From positions 1 through 44,270 of the forward strand of contig JBEKKX010000018.1 in NCBI GenBank assembly GCA_050010515.1: a DNA stretch of 44,270 bases, written 5' to 3'. Positions within the stretch are counted from its first letter, which is position 1; each line of letters begins with the position of its first letter. The DNA comes from Candidatus Bathyarchaeia archaeon (GTDB taxonomy: Archaea > Thermoproteota > Bathyarchaeia > Bathyarchaeales > Bathycorpusculaceae). Below are positions 1-9,160 of the stretch, one piece after another. The notes below the pieces were generated by a model, which did no database searches, was not told the DNA's origin, and worked only from the letters and a program-made list of their open reading frames with translations. The translations under genes and the position numbers were made by a program.

Positions 1-42
1 CAGTTTAGACAGAATGGCGCATGAGAATTCGGGTTTCTCCAT
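1..42 (-). CDS. 5' end of a gene running off the window (MEKPEFSCAILSKL...)
   Basis: ATG at 42-40 preceded by GGGTGAAGG RBS-like sequence; frame open to the window edge. Confidence 0.4.
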   Translation of the reverse strand, partial: MEKPEFSCAILSKL

Positions 43-191
43 CCTTCACCCTAAATATTCAAGCTCAAACAAACTTAAACAGCAACATGTCAACTTTCAT
101 AATTTTGCAACAAGCTGGCGCGAGCTATTTCAATGAAGATTTACTGAGTACATCTTAACCCTTGAATATACTCGTTGATAGCCCTAACAGT

Positions 192-377
192 TTAATGGTC
201 TAAGTAATTTACCTGTCTCTTAATAGCCCTAATGTACTCTGTCAATATAGCCAAGTTTCTAACCCCTGAGTAGTCGTAGTGACCGTTCAGTATATTTTGC
301 AGAATGGAAAGAAACTTGGATATGCTTACGGAATATTTGTCCACACTGGCATTATAGTCCAGCTCATCAACTGCCAA
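192..377 (-). CDS. hypothetical protein (61 aa)
   Basis: ORF overlapping the end of the upstream 184-aa gene; no recognisable motif. Confidence 0.3.
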   Translation of the reverse strand: MAVDELDYNASVDKYSVSISKFLSILQNILNGHYDYSGVRNLAILTEYIRAIKRQVNYLDH

Positions 378-921
378 GATATACTTCTAAACTGTTGCCC
401 ATTGTTGTCAAAACATAAAGTTCATTTGTGCCTTGATATAGTGCTAATGGTTGGTTAATGACTTGTATTGTTATTGTCACGCTTTGGTTAGGAGATAGCG
501 TATATCCATTTTTTATTGATGGGTTAATTGTTGGCACAGGGTTATAGCTGCTATAAGGTTGCCCATTTATGACCATGTTGTTGATAGTTACGGGAGTGTT
601 TCCAATATTTTCAAGTTCTAAAATAATTGTCCAGTTCCAGCCGTCACCATAACTTCCTTCACCAACATATAGATAGAGTTGGGGATTTTGTTCTGCGGAG
701 ATTAAGCTTCTATTTGTCCGTGTCATATTTGTTAGAAGGCTTACTTGAGCTGTAAGGTTTGAAATTTGGCTGTTAAGGTTTCCCATTTGATTGTTTAACG
801 AAGCTATATGTGAATTTTTATCGTTCACTACACCGTTATAATAAACTATCGTTCCAGCAATCGCACTTACAAAGAGTATAGCTATCAAAACTGATATGGC
901 TATTATTATTTTTTTATTCAT
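367..921 (-). CDS. membrane-anchored exported protein (N-terminal TM, short coiled coil, beta-rich Ig-like C-terminal domain)
   Basis: MNKK + hydrophobic stretch; heptad segment IASLNNQMGNLNSQISNLTAQV; beta-strand pattern LELENIGNTPVTI...LSPNQSVTITI. Confidence 0.75.
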   Translation of the reverse strand: MNKKIIIAISVLIAILFVSAIAGTIVYYNGVVNDKNSHIASLNNQMGNLNSQISNLTAQVSLLTNMTRTNRSLISAEQNPQLYLYVGEGSYGDGWNWTIILELENIGNTPVTINNMVINGQPYSSYNPVPTINPSIKNGYTLSPNQSVTITIQVINQPLALYQGTNELYVLTTMGNSLEVYLGS

Positions 922-935
922 TCTATCGCTAATGC

Positions 936-1187
936 TTCTATTCTACGCTATGCAGATTTAAGACTTATTCTTGCTTATTTTTTGGCACTTTGAGGACATC
1001 TACAGCATAAATAACGAAACCAACCCCAATCACAATTATGCCGAAATACAAACCTAATTGGTAATCGAGCAAACGCGCTATTAACAAGACTATTAGTCCA
1101 ACTACTGCTAAAGCCATTCCGACCAAACGAGTTACATTCATGCTTTCACCCTATTTTTCTATTCTATGCTATACAGATTTAAGACTT
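936..1187 (-). repeat. 31-bp direct repeat (936-966 and 1157-1187), a duplicated minus-strand promoter
   Basis: ttctattctacgctatgcagatttaagactt vs ttctattctatgctatacagatttaagactt (2 mismatches); reverse strand reads AAGTCTTAAAT (TATA-like); each copy precedes a minus-strand ATG (921, 1141). Confidence 0.8.
965..1141 (-). CDS. unannotated 58-aa two-TM membrane protein (MNVTRLVGMALAVVGLIVLLIARLLDYQLGLYFGIIVIGVGFVIYAVDVLKVPKNKQE)
   Basis: manual translation; GGGTGA RBS; own copy of the duplicated promoter; two hydrophobic helices and a basic tail. Confidence 0.75.
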   Translation of the reverse strand: MNVTRLVGMALAVVGLIVLLIARLLDYQLGLYFGIIVIGVGFVIYAVDVLKVPKNKQE

Positions 1188-1331
1188 TTACCTAGCACGC
1201 TAAAGCAAGCCGTGTCATGGATGCTTGACATCGATGTTCTAAGATGCGACCAGTAACCGAGCGTAGCAGATTAACATGATTTTGAGCATAAAATTCTTAA
1301 ACTCAATAGTAGAGTGGATGACGGGTAATTA

Positions 1332-1469
1332 ATGAAGCCAAAAGAAGCAACAACTATAATGGATATGTCTAATGAATTTTACAATTTCTTATTCTCTCAA
1401 GTTGCAAAGTTAGAACTTAAGCTACCAGAATCAACTACTCAAGATATGTTCAATAGCCTTAACAACTAA
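1332..1469 (+). CDS. possible 45-aa ORF or gene remnant (MKPKEATTIMDMSNEFYNFLFSQ...)
   Basis: manual translation; ends 27 bp before an AGCGCGCT site. Confidence 0.3.
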   Translation: MKPKEATTIMDMSNEFYNFLFSQVAKLELKLPESTTQDMFNSLNN

Positions 1470-1630
1470 ACATTAACTTAATTTCGGGACAAGGCAGCGC
1501 GCTAAGCCACAAATATATTATGTCCAAAAAATAATGTATATATTAAAGAAAAAAATGGCTAATCTGTTGAGGCGCTATTACGAGTACTCCATCACTTCAG
1601 ATTCTTCAGAGAATTAGACCTTTATGGTCA

Positions 1631-2248
1631 TTGCAAAAGGAGAAAGACAAAAGCAATAGCGATTTCATTGGACATGCTTTCGTAAAATTTGTATTTGATT
1701 TTGTACCTCCAAATGTCAATGCAAAATATCGAGTCGTACCTGGTCCTTTATGGGTTAAAAGTCTTGAATGGATTGAGTGGGACGGTGCTCTTGTGAGAAA
1801 AGGAGCCAGATCCGGCCTTCCAAATTACTTTAAGACCAAAGACATAATTGCTCTTTTCGAAATGAAGGTAGGCGGCATCGTCGGTGGCAGAGAAAACAAG
1901 AAGAAAGAAGAGAAACAAGGGATGAAAAAGAAACAAGCGAAAACTGTAACTCAGGCTATTGCCTCTATAAGAAGTAATTTCATTGCTGCAGAGGAAAAAT
2001 GCCCTAACTTGAAAAAATGTTTTTACATAGCTTTAAGAGAATCGAGACCTCAACACATGTGGCAACTGAAAAAGGAAAGGTTACAATTTACAATAAACTA
2101 TTATGAATATACAAAAAGAATGCTCAATCAGAAAGAAATTGTAACATGCTTAATGTTTGATTCATCATCAATTGATAGAAAGAAAAATTCTGACATAGAG
2201 TTTCCTCGTGAATGGGAAAATTTGATGATTGAACTGAATCGTATTTAA
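1631..2248 (+). CDS. putative PD-(D/E)XK (restriction-endonuclease-like) nuclease
   Basis: EWDGALV...IIALFEMK fits the D...ExK catalytic pattern; Lys-rich; start uncertain (frame open back to 1571). Confidence 0.55.
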   Translation: MQKEKDKSNSDFIGHAFVKFVFDFVPPNVNAKYRVVPGPLWVKSLEWIEWDGALVRKGARSGLPNYFKTKDIIALFEMKVGGIVGGRENKKKEEKQGMKKKQAKTVTQAIASIRSNFIAAEEKCPNLKKCFYIALRESRPQHMWQLKKERLQFTINYYEYTKRMLNQKEIVTCLMFDSSSIDRKKNSDIEFPREWENLMIELNRI

Positions 2249-2462
2249 AGCGCGCTTAACTAATCAGCGAATCCGTTTGGTACGAGAGATTATTTGCGTT
2301 CAAAGCGAATTAGCTCAAAAAACGGTACCAAGTAGTGTGCGCTAATCTTCTATACTGGGATATCAGCTGTTCAACGAAAAACTAATTAATAGAAACTAAA
2401 GAGAAAAGAACGCTAGAGCATTCAATGGTTAAATCCTGAAATCGTAAAAGGAGAAAAATGGA

Positions 2463-3587
2463 ATGTCATGCACCAATCCTATCTTGCGCATCAGACAGAT
2501 TAGAACAAAGTTTGAATGCGAACTTATTGATCCCAAATCAATGCAGATTATAAGAATAGATAGAAAAGAAGCAAAATTTACAGCCGCGACAAAAAAAATA
2601 CTATCAACTTATGGAAGATTGGTAGACCTAGCAGATTCGTGCGCGCCGCGTGATTGGGTGGCATTCTCCCGTGAACTAAAAACTCTGTCAACCGAAACTG
2701 GAAAAATACTAAATAACATTTTGAAAGACCTCGGTTTAGACCCTGCAAAACAAAGTAATCTGACTCTAGCCCTGGATAATCAAACAGTAAAAATTCCCTG
2801 GGAACTCGCCTATTTACCACCCAAAAAACCTAATGCTCCATTAATGTATTGCGAAGAATTAGGAATCGGAAGACTCAGAGTTGTAAAAGCTTACAGTTGG
2901 ATTAACCCACCTGACCGAAGAAGAACCAACAGGGCTCTCGTTGTCGGCACCAACTATAGAAACACTAAGAGAAAAATAAAGCCCTTATCTTATGCAGAAG
3001 ACGAGGCTGAAAAAATCGCAAAAATTTTAGCGACCCATGGCTTTAAAGATGAAAACATCAAATTGCTAAAAGCTGAAAGAGCAACTAAAAAAGCAGTATT
3101 AGAGGAGCTTAAAAAAGGGGTAGACCTTTTCCATTTCACCGGGCACGGTATTATGACCAGAAACAGCAGCAAGATATGCCTGAACGATAAAGACTTGTCA
3201 GCAAAAACTTTTGAAAAGGAAAGCAAAAACTGCAGTGTTCCGAGACTGACATTTTTCAATGCTTGCGAATCTTCTATTGATACTCCACACAAAAATAAGC
3301 CTGCCAGCGTTCCGTATAGTTGGGCATATGCCATAGCTGGACAAGGTGGCAGAGTCTTCATAGGCACGTTATGGACTGTATGGGAACCTAATGCAGGAGA
3401 ATTCGCCCAGACCTTTTACAAGTCATTTCTTGGAAAGCAAAGAAAGACCCTCGCAGAGGCTATGAAAGAAGCTAGACTTGAAACCTTCCTAAAAGAAAAC
3501 TCTAATGGTAATACCTCTGATAATACTTGGCCAGGATACATGCTTTACGGGGTTCCAACACTTGTAAAAAGAGACATTCTGAGATGA
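2463..3587 (+). CDS. stand-alone CHAT-domain (caspase-like) protease
   Basis: catalytic His motif FHFTGHG and Cys motif FFNACES, plus IPWEL, FIGTLWTV and WPGYMLYG typical of CHAT. Confidence 0.9.
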   Translation: MSCTNPILRIRQIRTKFECELIDPKSMQIIRIDRKEAKFTAATKKILSTYGRLVDLADSCAPRDWVAFSRELKTLSTETGKILNNILKDLGLDPAKQSNLTLALDNQTVKIPWELAYLPPKKPNAPLMYCEELGIGRLRVVKAYSWINPPDRRRTNRALVVGTNYRNTKRKIKPLSYAEDEAEKIAKILATHGFKDENIKLLKAERATKKAVLEELKKGVDLFHFTGHGIMTRNSSKICLNDKDLSAKTFEKESKNCSVPRLTFFNACESSIDTPHKNKPASVPYSWAYAIAGQGGRVFIGTLWTVWEPNAGEFAQTFYKSFLGKQRKTLAEAMKEARLETFLKENSNGNTSDNTWPGYMLYGVPTLVKRDILR

Positions 3588-3636
3588 AGTTCTAAGAGCG
3601 CGCTCTTTATAAGCAAACCCTAACAATCAAAGTTTT

Positions 3637-3717
3637 ATGAAATCTGCAATATTTATGAACGGTAACAAGTTTGATGAATCAGTCTTTAGCTTAGAAGAAG
3701 CATTTGAAAAGATAGTT
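3637..3717 (+). pseudogene. gene 5' fragment (MKSAIFMNGNKFDESVFSLEEAFEKIV) apparently cut at the AGCGCGCGCT site
   Basis: TTTATAA TATA box about 30 bp upstream; protein-like sequence changes character at the motif at 3718, although the frame stays open a little further. Confidence 0.5.
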
Positions 3718-3785
3718 AGCGCGCGCTGCCGCCTATTGTTGAGGGGGAATTCAAAAGCGGAGAAATATTTGCGGTACCGTTGGTA

Positions 3786-3986
3786 TCAGTAAAGAATGAT
3801 TATGATGTTGTAACCCTGATAACTGAAAGATTGCTCAAGCTTCTCTATGAAAAGAATAACGTTCAATAAAGGCATTGTATACATAGGTCCATGTGCGCTT
3901 TGGAGCCTCGGGCTAGCTTCAGACTCGCGTTCTAACTTGTAAAACACGGTTGCTTTGTTTATGTCTATTTCTGAGGGGTCTTTCAT
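3786..3986 (-). CDS. hypothetical or decayed third gene of the mre11-rad50 operon
   Basis: ATGA overlap with the rad50 stop; no motif. Confidence 0.35.
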   Translation of the reverse strand: MKDPSEIDINKATVFYKLERESEASPRLQSAHGPMYTMPLLNVILFIEKLEQSFSYQGYNIIIILY

Positions 3987-5584
3987 ATCTCCCGTATTAT
4001 GGACTTGAATTCTTCGTCCTTTTCGACCATAAATTTCTTTCCGACGGCATCTGCGAATTCGTCATGAACTGTAATAATTATTAGTTGTTGGTCGGAAAGT
4101 TCGTTCAGTGCTTCTTTCAATTTGTTAGTGTTGGATTGATCAAAGTGATGTGTGGGCTCGTCAAGTAGTATGAAGTTGATTTCTTTCGAAGCTATGCGGT
4201 AAAGGCCGTATCTGATTGAAAATGCCAGAATGTCTCTTGCTGCACCGCTAAGATTGAATAGTGGAACTGGATGACCGTGAAGAAGTATTTCAAAGCCAAA
4301 ATCTTCCGTTATTTTGAGTTGTGCATCAAAGTCGCCGTCACTGAACTTAGACATGAAAAAATTCACTGCATTCTCCAAGTCACTCATCATAGAAGACCTT
4401 AGATGAACTCTGAATTCATCAATCGCGAGTTGCAGTTCATCCAAGAAACTGCGTTCTTCGCCTATTCGTTTAAAGACAAAATCCTTGTTTCCATAAGCTG
4501 CCAACTGCTTTTTCATCTTGTCGAGATTCTTCTTATTCGTATCAAGTTCGGTGCTCAATGCATCTCTCTCTGATGTTAAACCTTGCAATTCGGCCACCTT
4601 GCCGAATCCTCGGTCATAATCGAAATTGGCCTTTGCAAGATCAGAGTTAAACTTCTTCAGTTCATCCTCAGCATTTTTGAGCTTTGACTCAATTTCTTCG
4701 ATAATATGGGCGAATTGATGTTGAAGCTTCTTCTGCAAGTCTGTAGGTATTGCCTGTTTGCAAGTAGGGCATATTCCTTTGGCAATACCCTGCAAGATTT
4801 CCCTTTGCATATCCTTTTGAGAATTTAGGCTTGAAGTTGCCCTTATCGAGTTGTTTAATTGTTGAGTTGCTTCGACGGCACGATGGCGAGCGTCAGATAC
4901 ACTTTCTTGAGGTTCTCCAAGTCCGGATATGCTCTTACCTAATTCTTTCAGTCTTTCGGTAATCTCTGAAACACGAAAATCTATGTTTTTGCTCATATCC
5001 ATAATAGTTTTAATATTGCCGCTTGTGAAACCGTCAAGCCACTTCTGCAATGAGTCCGATGCATGCTTGGCTGACATCTTGAGGTCTTTTAGGTAATCAA
5101 AACCCAATATAGTTTCTATGAACACTTTCCTCTCTTCCGGTTTTATTTCTAACACTTTACGCAGTTCGTCTTGTTCAGAATAGAAAACGTTAGCGAACAG
5201 CTCATCATCGACACCGAGCAGTTCATAAAGAGCTTCCTTCACAGTTGCCACGCTTGAACCTATTTCTTTTCCATTACTCTTCAAAGAAGGTTTGTCACGA
5301 GGGCACGTTCTTTTCAAACAGTAATTATCACCATGATGTTCAAATTCAAGCTCAACCCAACCTTCTTCTGAACCTTCTCGGACGAGGTGTTCTGCCTTCA
5401 CTGCTGTTCCTGCTAGCCGTGTCGGAAAGGCCTGCTTGCCAAATAGTGCATAGGCAACCCCGTCCATAAGGGAACTTTTCCCTTGCCAATTCTTTCCAAA
5501 TACATAATTCTGACTGTCGGAAAACTCGATGTCCGCCGTGCCATAAGAGCGGAAGTTATGCAGTTTTAACCTCAAGAGTTTCAT
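3983..5584 (-). CDS. rad50: compact Rad50/SbcC SMC-family ATPase (533 aa)
   Basis: Walker A GKNWQGKSS, Q-loop YSEQ, zinc hook CPTC, signature LSGAAR, Walker B ILLDEPT, H-loop ITVH. Confidence 0.9.
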   Translation of the reverse strand: MKLLRLKLHNFRSYGTADIEFSDSQNYVFGKNWQGKSSLMDGVAYALFGKQAFPTRLAGTAVKAEHLVREGSEEGWVELEFEHHGDNYCLKRTCPRDKPSLKSNGKEIGSSVATVKEALYELLGVDDELFANVFYSEQDELRKVLEIKPEERKVFIETILGFDYLKDLKMSAKHASDSLQKWLDGFTSGNIKTIMDMSKNIDFRVSEITERLKELGKSISGLGEPQESVSDARHRAVEATQQLNNSIRATSSLNSQKDMQREILQGIAKGICPTCKQAIPTDLQKKLQHQFAHIIEEIESKLKNAEDELKKFNSDLAKANFDYDRGFGKVAELQGLTSERDALSTELDTNKKNLDKMKKQLAAYGNKDFVFKRIGEERSFLDELQLAIDEFRVHLRSSMMSDLENAVNFFMSKFSDGDFDAQLKITEDFGFEILLHGHPVPLFNLSGAARDILAFSIRYGLYRIASKEINFILLDEPTHHFDQSNTNKLKEALNELSDQQLIIITVHDEFADAVGKKFMVEKDEEFKSIIREI

Positions 5585-6699
5585 TTCTTCTTACCTCCCG
5601 CCTCTTCGAGGATTCCATTCAGGATTGAGTCTGAAAACTCGTCTCCTTTTTCGCGAAATGCTTCGACATACTGGACAGCCTGTTTTTGTCTTGAAGCAAA
5701 TCTTTTCTTGATAAAATCCTGAAAGTTGACTGTTGCTCGGATTTCAGGTGCAGTTCTTACTTGGTCTTGAAGACCCCCGTCAAAATGGACCTTGAGACAT
5801 CCCAACTGGTTGCCGATTGAACGAAGATGTTGCCATTCTATATCAGCAGACCTGCCTGATGATAGAGTTCCATCGATTTGAATGACTAAAAGGGCACCTG
5901 CTGAAGAATTGCTGCGAATCCATATTTCAATGGCTTTTTGGAAGTCTTTTGGAGATTTGCCCTCTCCATTCATTTCAGTGTATCTAATGTTTCTTGAAGG
6001 CGGCAGGACAACAAACTCATGTCTCTTTGTGTCAGTATCATACAGCACAAATCCTTTCTTGCCCAATTCCTTTGCCACATGTATCTCTAGAGAGCCCGGA
6101 GTCACAGCGTATCTTAAGTCCTCATACTGATGGTGATGGCCAGTAAACACTACCGGCCATTCTTTCAAGTCTTCTTTCTTGATTTCGGCGACAAAGGCAG
6201 GAATAAAGTGTGATCCCTCACAGAATTGATGCATAAGTAAAATGGAGTTTGCTGATGGTTTCCCTAGTTTCTCTAATGTTTCCTTAAATGACTCTCGGTC
6301 GCTCTTCCAAGAAATTCCACCAATTCTATAGCCATTAAACTCTTTGACTTCGTCATCGAGAAAATTAATAATCTCGAGATCGCTGAGTATTCTTAATTCT
6401 CCGCCTTGCCTACCTCGACCGTATTCATGGTTGCCTCCAATTGCAAAGACTTCTATTCCAGCCTCTTTGAGTTTAACAAGGGATTCTGCAACGTCTCCAA
6501 TGCAAGCAGCAAAATTATCAACACTCCTTCTGTAAGCACTACTGTCAAAAACGTCGCCTAGAAGGAACACGGCGTTGACTTTTCTTTTGAGTGATTCTTC
6601 AATCGATAAATTGAATTGTTTTGAGAAGTCTGAAATACGTTTGTCTGTATACGTGGTACAGCCTAAGTGAGGGTCGCCAATTACGGCAATTTTCATCAA
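5581..6699 (-). CDS. mre11: Mre11/SbcD metallophosphoesterase nuclease
   Basis: GDPHLG, GDVFD, GGNHE, MHQ, TGHHH and PGSLE motifs; ATGA-coupled to rad50. Confidence 0.9.
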   Translation of the reverse strand: MMKIAVIGDPHLGCTTYTDKRISDFSKQFNLSIEESLKRKVNAVFLLGDVFDSSAYRRSVDNFAACIGDVAESLVKLKEAGIEVFAIGGNHEYGRGRQGGELRILSDLEIINFLDDEVKEFNGYRIGGISWKSDRESFKETLEKLGKPSANSILLMHQFCEGSHFIPAFVAEIKKEDLKEWPVVFTGHHHQYEDLRYAVTPGSLEIHVAKELGKKGFVLYDTDTKRHEFVVLPPSRNIRYTEMNGEGKSPKDFQKAIEIWIRSNSSAGALLVIQIDGTLSSGRSADIEWQHLRSIGNQLGCLKVHFDGGLQDQVRTAPEIRATVNFQDFIKKRFASRQKQAVQYVEAFREKGDEFSDSILNGILEEAGGKKK

Positions 6700-6837
6700 A
6701 TTCCCCTATTCTTGATTATATCTTTAGACCTTATATTATTACTTAAAATATTCTACAGAAAAAAACAGGTGCTAAAAGTTAAGACACAATTTCGTAGCTT
6801 TTCATCTTCCTTTGCCTTCAGACCAGCGCGCGCGGTT

Positions 6838-7989
6838 TTAGGGTTTTTTGAAAACATCTAACCCTTTTTTCACCGCCTCGCCAAGAAAAAGATTATCAAA
6901 GATTGTTCCTTCACTTTCTCTTAGCTTCATGACACGGATTATTTCTTCAAATTTGCCATGAGCTATCCCGTTGGCAAACACCGCCGCGCCTTCTGCCGCT
7001 TGTTTAGACACTTTTGCCTCGCCTTGAAATCTCACGACATCTACGTGTGATCCGATCTCGCTAAAGAAATCTTGCAACCTAAACTTTATCGCGTCGAGGA
7101 ATTGTGGCATATTTACAAATCTCCCACTTAGCATCACTTCTTTGGGCTTAATTGAGGGTAAAAGTGAGGCAGCATCCTTAACTATTGATTCCATCATCAG
7201 GTCATATCCCGCTCTCACTTCTTCGTTGCTTCTAGCAGTATTAACAAACTCTTCTAAGGACTTTGAGGGATCAATCCCAGCAACCGACGCGCACCCTCCC
7301 GAAAAAAGCATGAGTTTTGAGAAATCTTTAACCGTGTTAGCAAGGGCGTATGCCAGCTCTGAATCAACAAAGCCCATACCCAGGTAGGAGGGAAAGCCTG
7401 CGGTCCCAGCCATAGCATCAACTATTTGGCCGTTTCTAATCGCCAGCGCCGAGGTATATGCAAATCCTATTTCCAAAAGGATAAAATTGGTTTCATCATA
7501 GCGGATTTTTAGTCTTTTTGCTTGATTCTTAACTGCTAAAACAGCGCTGAGAACTTTATCGGATGTACCCATGTCTATTTTGTTAGCCTTTCTGTACTTA
7601 GGAACCGTCGTTAAGTGAACCACTGACGGCGTGAACCATACCTCTAGGTCCTCGGCGGTCTTCATCATTTTCATGGCTTCTCTTAAGCCAATGATCTTTA
7701 GCTTCTTTTCCACGTCAGCCTCCGTTACAAAAGTTGCCAATGCTATATCTGCATAGCTTGCATCCCTTGCTTTTTGAAGAGGCATTCCATAGCCAGAGGG
7801 GCCAACAATTGCATCTATGAAACCCGCAGTCTGTTGGGTTTCTCTAAGCTTTTCAATTATGAGGCTGGGGTTTTTGGTTATTTCGTCTCTTGGGATGGCT
7901 GAGTCAATTAAAACTCTTCCGTCGTCGTCATCGAAACCATAGATATCCATGCTTTTTGTTCCAGAATCTATACCGATTGCTTTGACCAT
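6838..7989 (-). CDS. DUF1464 family ASKHA-fold (butyrate-kinase-like) protein
   Basis: N-terminal GIDSGTKS phosphate-1 motif, GPSGYG, DMGTSDK. Confidence 0.8.
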   Translation of the reverse strand: MVKAIGIDSGTKSMDIYGFDDDDGRVLIDSAIPRDEITKNPSLIIEKLRETQQTAGFIDAIVGPSGYGMPLQKARDASYADIALATFVTEADVEKKLKIIGLREAMKMMKTAEDLEVWFTPSVVHLTTVPKYRKANKIDMGTSDKVLSAVLAVKNQAKRLKIRYDETNFILLEIGFAYTSALAIRNGQIVDAMAGTAGFPSYLGMGFVDSELAYALANTVKDFSKLMLFSGGCASVAGIDPSKSLEEFVNTARSNEEVRAGYDLMMESIVKDAASLLPSIKPKEVMLSGRFVNMPQFLDAIKFRLQDFFSEIGSHVDVVRFQGEAKVSKQAAEGAAVFANGIAHGKFEEIIRVMKLRESEGTIFDNLFLGEAVKKGLDVFKKP

Positions 7990-7991
7990 TT

Positions 7992-8954
7992 TTATTCCTT
8001 CAAAACGGAAGCGCCTGAATTATTCGCTTTAGTGTAGAATACTTCTCCGCCGCCGTTTTTGTTCAGATATTGCTTTAACTCTTCGGTTAAGCGTTTCGCT
8101 TCGCTCTCTCCTTTTACTATTGAGTAGAACGTTGGTCCCCAAGAAGTTTGGCATGCGCATGAGCTTCGGTGCAACATGAGTTTGACGCCTTCTTCTACCA
8201 CTTGATTGCAGTAGGTTCCTTCTTGATAGTCCTTCCAAAATCGACCGAGCTTTTGATTAAACTCAGTTAGTGCTTCCCCGAATCCTTTGAGATCTTTTTC
8301 TACGAAGGCAGGCATGAGTTTAACTAAAACCAGTCTTGAGAGTTCGTCAGATAACTCTTTAGGCATCACCTTTAGGTTCCCGAGAATTTCATCTTCTTTT
8401 TCTCGGAGCTTAGCTATTTTAAGTCTGGATTCTTCGGGAACAGCTACGACGAAAAACCAGTTTTTCGGTAACGCACTTTGGAATATGAGCGGAGGGACCA
8501 TCTTTTCTCTTTGGTCAACTTTGAAGCCGCCTTCAATTATGAATCCACCCGTTTTGAATGCGTACACGCCTAAGGCAGTTATTGTTCCTCTGCCCATAAT
8601 TAGCGCTACATCTTCAACGCTCAAATTCAATTCATACAGCTTGGATAATCCAACGCCTATCGAGAGCGCTAAAGTGGTGTGAAAACCTAAGCCGACAAAC
8701 TTTGGAATCTCTCTCTTAATCCGAACTTCTGCGCCTTCTATGCGCGTTTTTTCCACAAAGCGTTTCGCAAATTTGTATGCATCTTTATCTTCAGCCTTGA
8801 TTCCTTTGGCTTTGGCAACTTCAACTTCAAGCGGAAGATCAATGGCGAAACCTACCGTTCCATAGAGTCTACCTAAATCGCCTGTTAAATCAAAATTACC
8901 TGTGTGCAAATGTGCCGGAGCGCTTATCGCCAACTTCTCCAAATAAACCACCAA
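7992..8954 (-). CDS. beta-ribofuranosylaminobenzene 5'-phosphate (RFA-P) synthase family, GHMP-kinase fold
   Basis: APAHLHTG..DL...GR.YG, IPKFVGLG..T, GGFIIEGG, QTSWGPT. Confidence 0.85.
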   Translation of the reverse strand: MVVYLEKLAISAPAHLHTGNFDLTGDLGRLYGTVGFAIDLPLEVEVAKAKGIKAEDKDAYKFAKRFVEKTRIEGAEVRIKREIPKFVGLGFHTTLALSIGVGLSKLYELNLSVEDVALIMGRGTITALGVYAFKTGGFIIEGGFKVDQREKMVPPLIFQSALPKNWFFVVAVPEESRLKIAKLREKEDEILGNLKVMPKELSDELSRLVLVKLMPAFVEKDLKGFGEALTEFNQKLGRFWKDYQEGTYCNQVVEEGVKLMLHRSSCACQTSWGPTFYSIVKGESEAKRLTEELKQYLNKNGGGEVFYTKANNSGASVLKE

Positions 8955-9160
8955 GCAATTTTTAAAGACGCAATTATTAAGTCGAAACTAATAAACCTAT
9001 TAGATTAGCCAGAATTATCTTGCACAATCAAAAATGCGGCTTATTGATGGGCGGCAGACATAACAAATATCTGGGTGCACTAAAATAAAACAAATCGGAA
9101 AATCATAAAGTAAAGAATAATAAGCCACAACACCATTGCGGTCACTTAGATACGGGTGAA

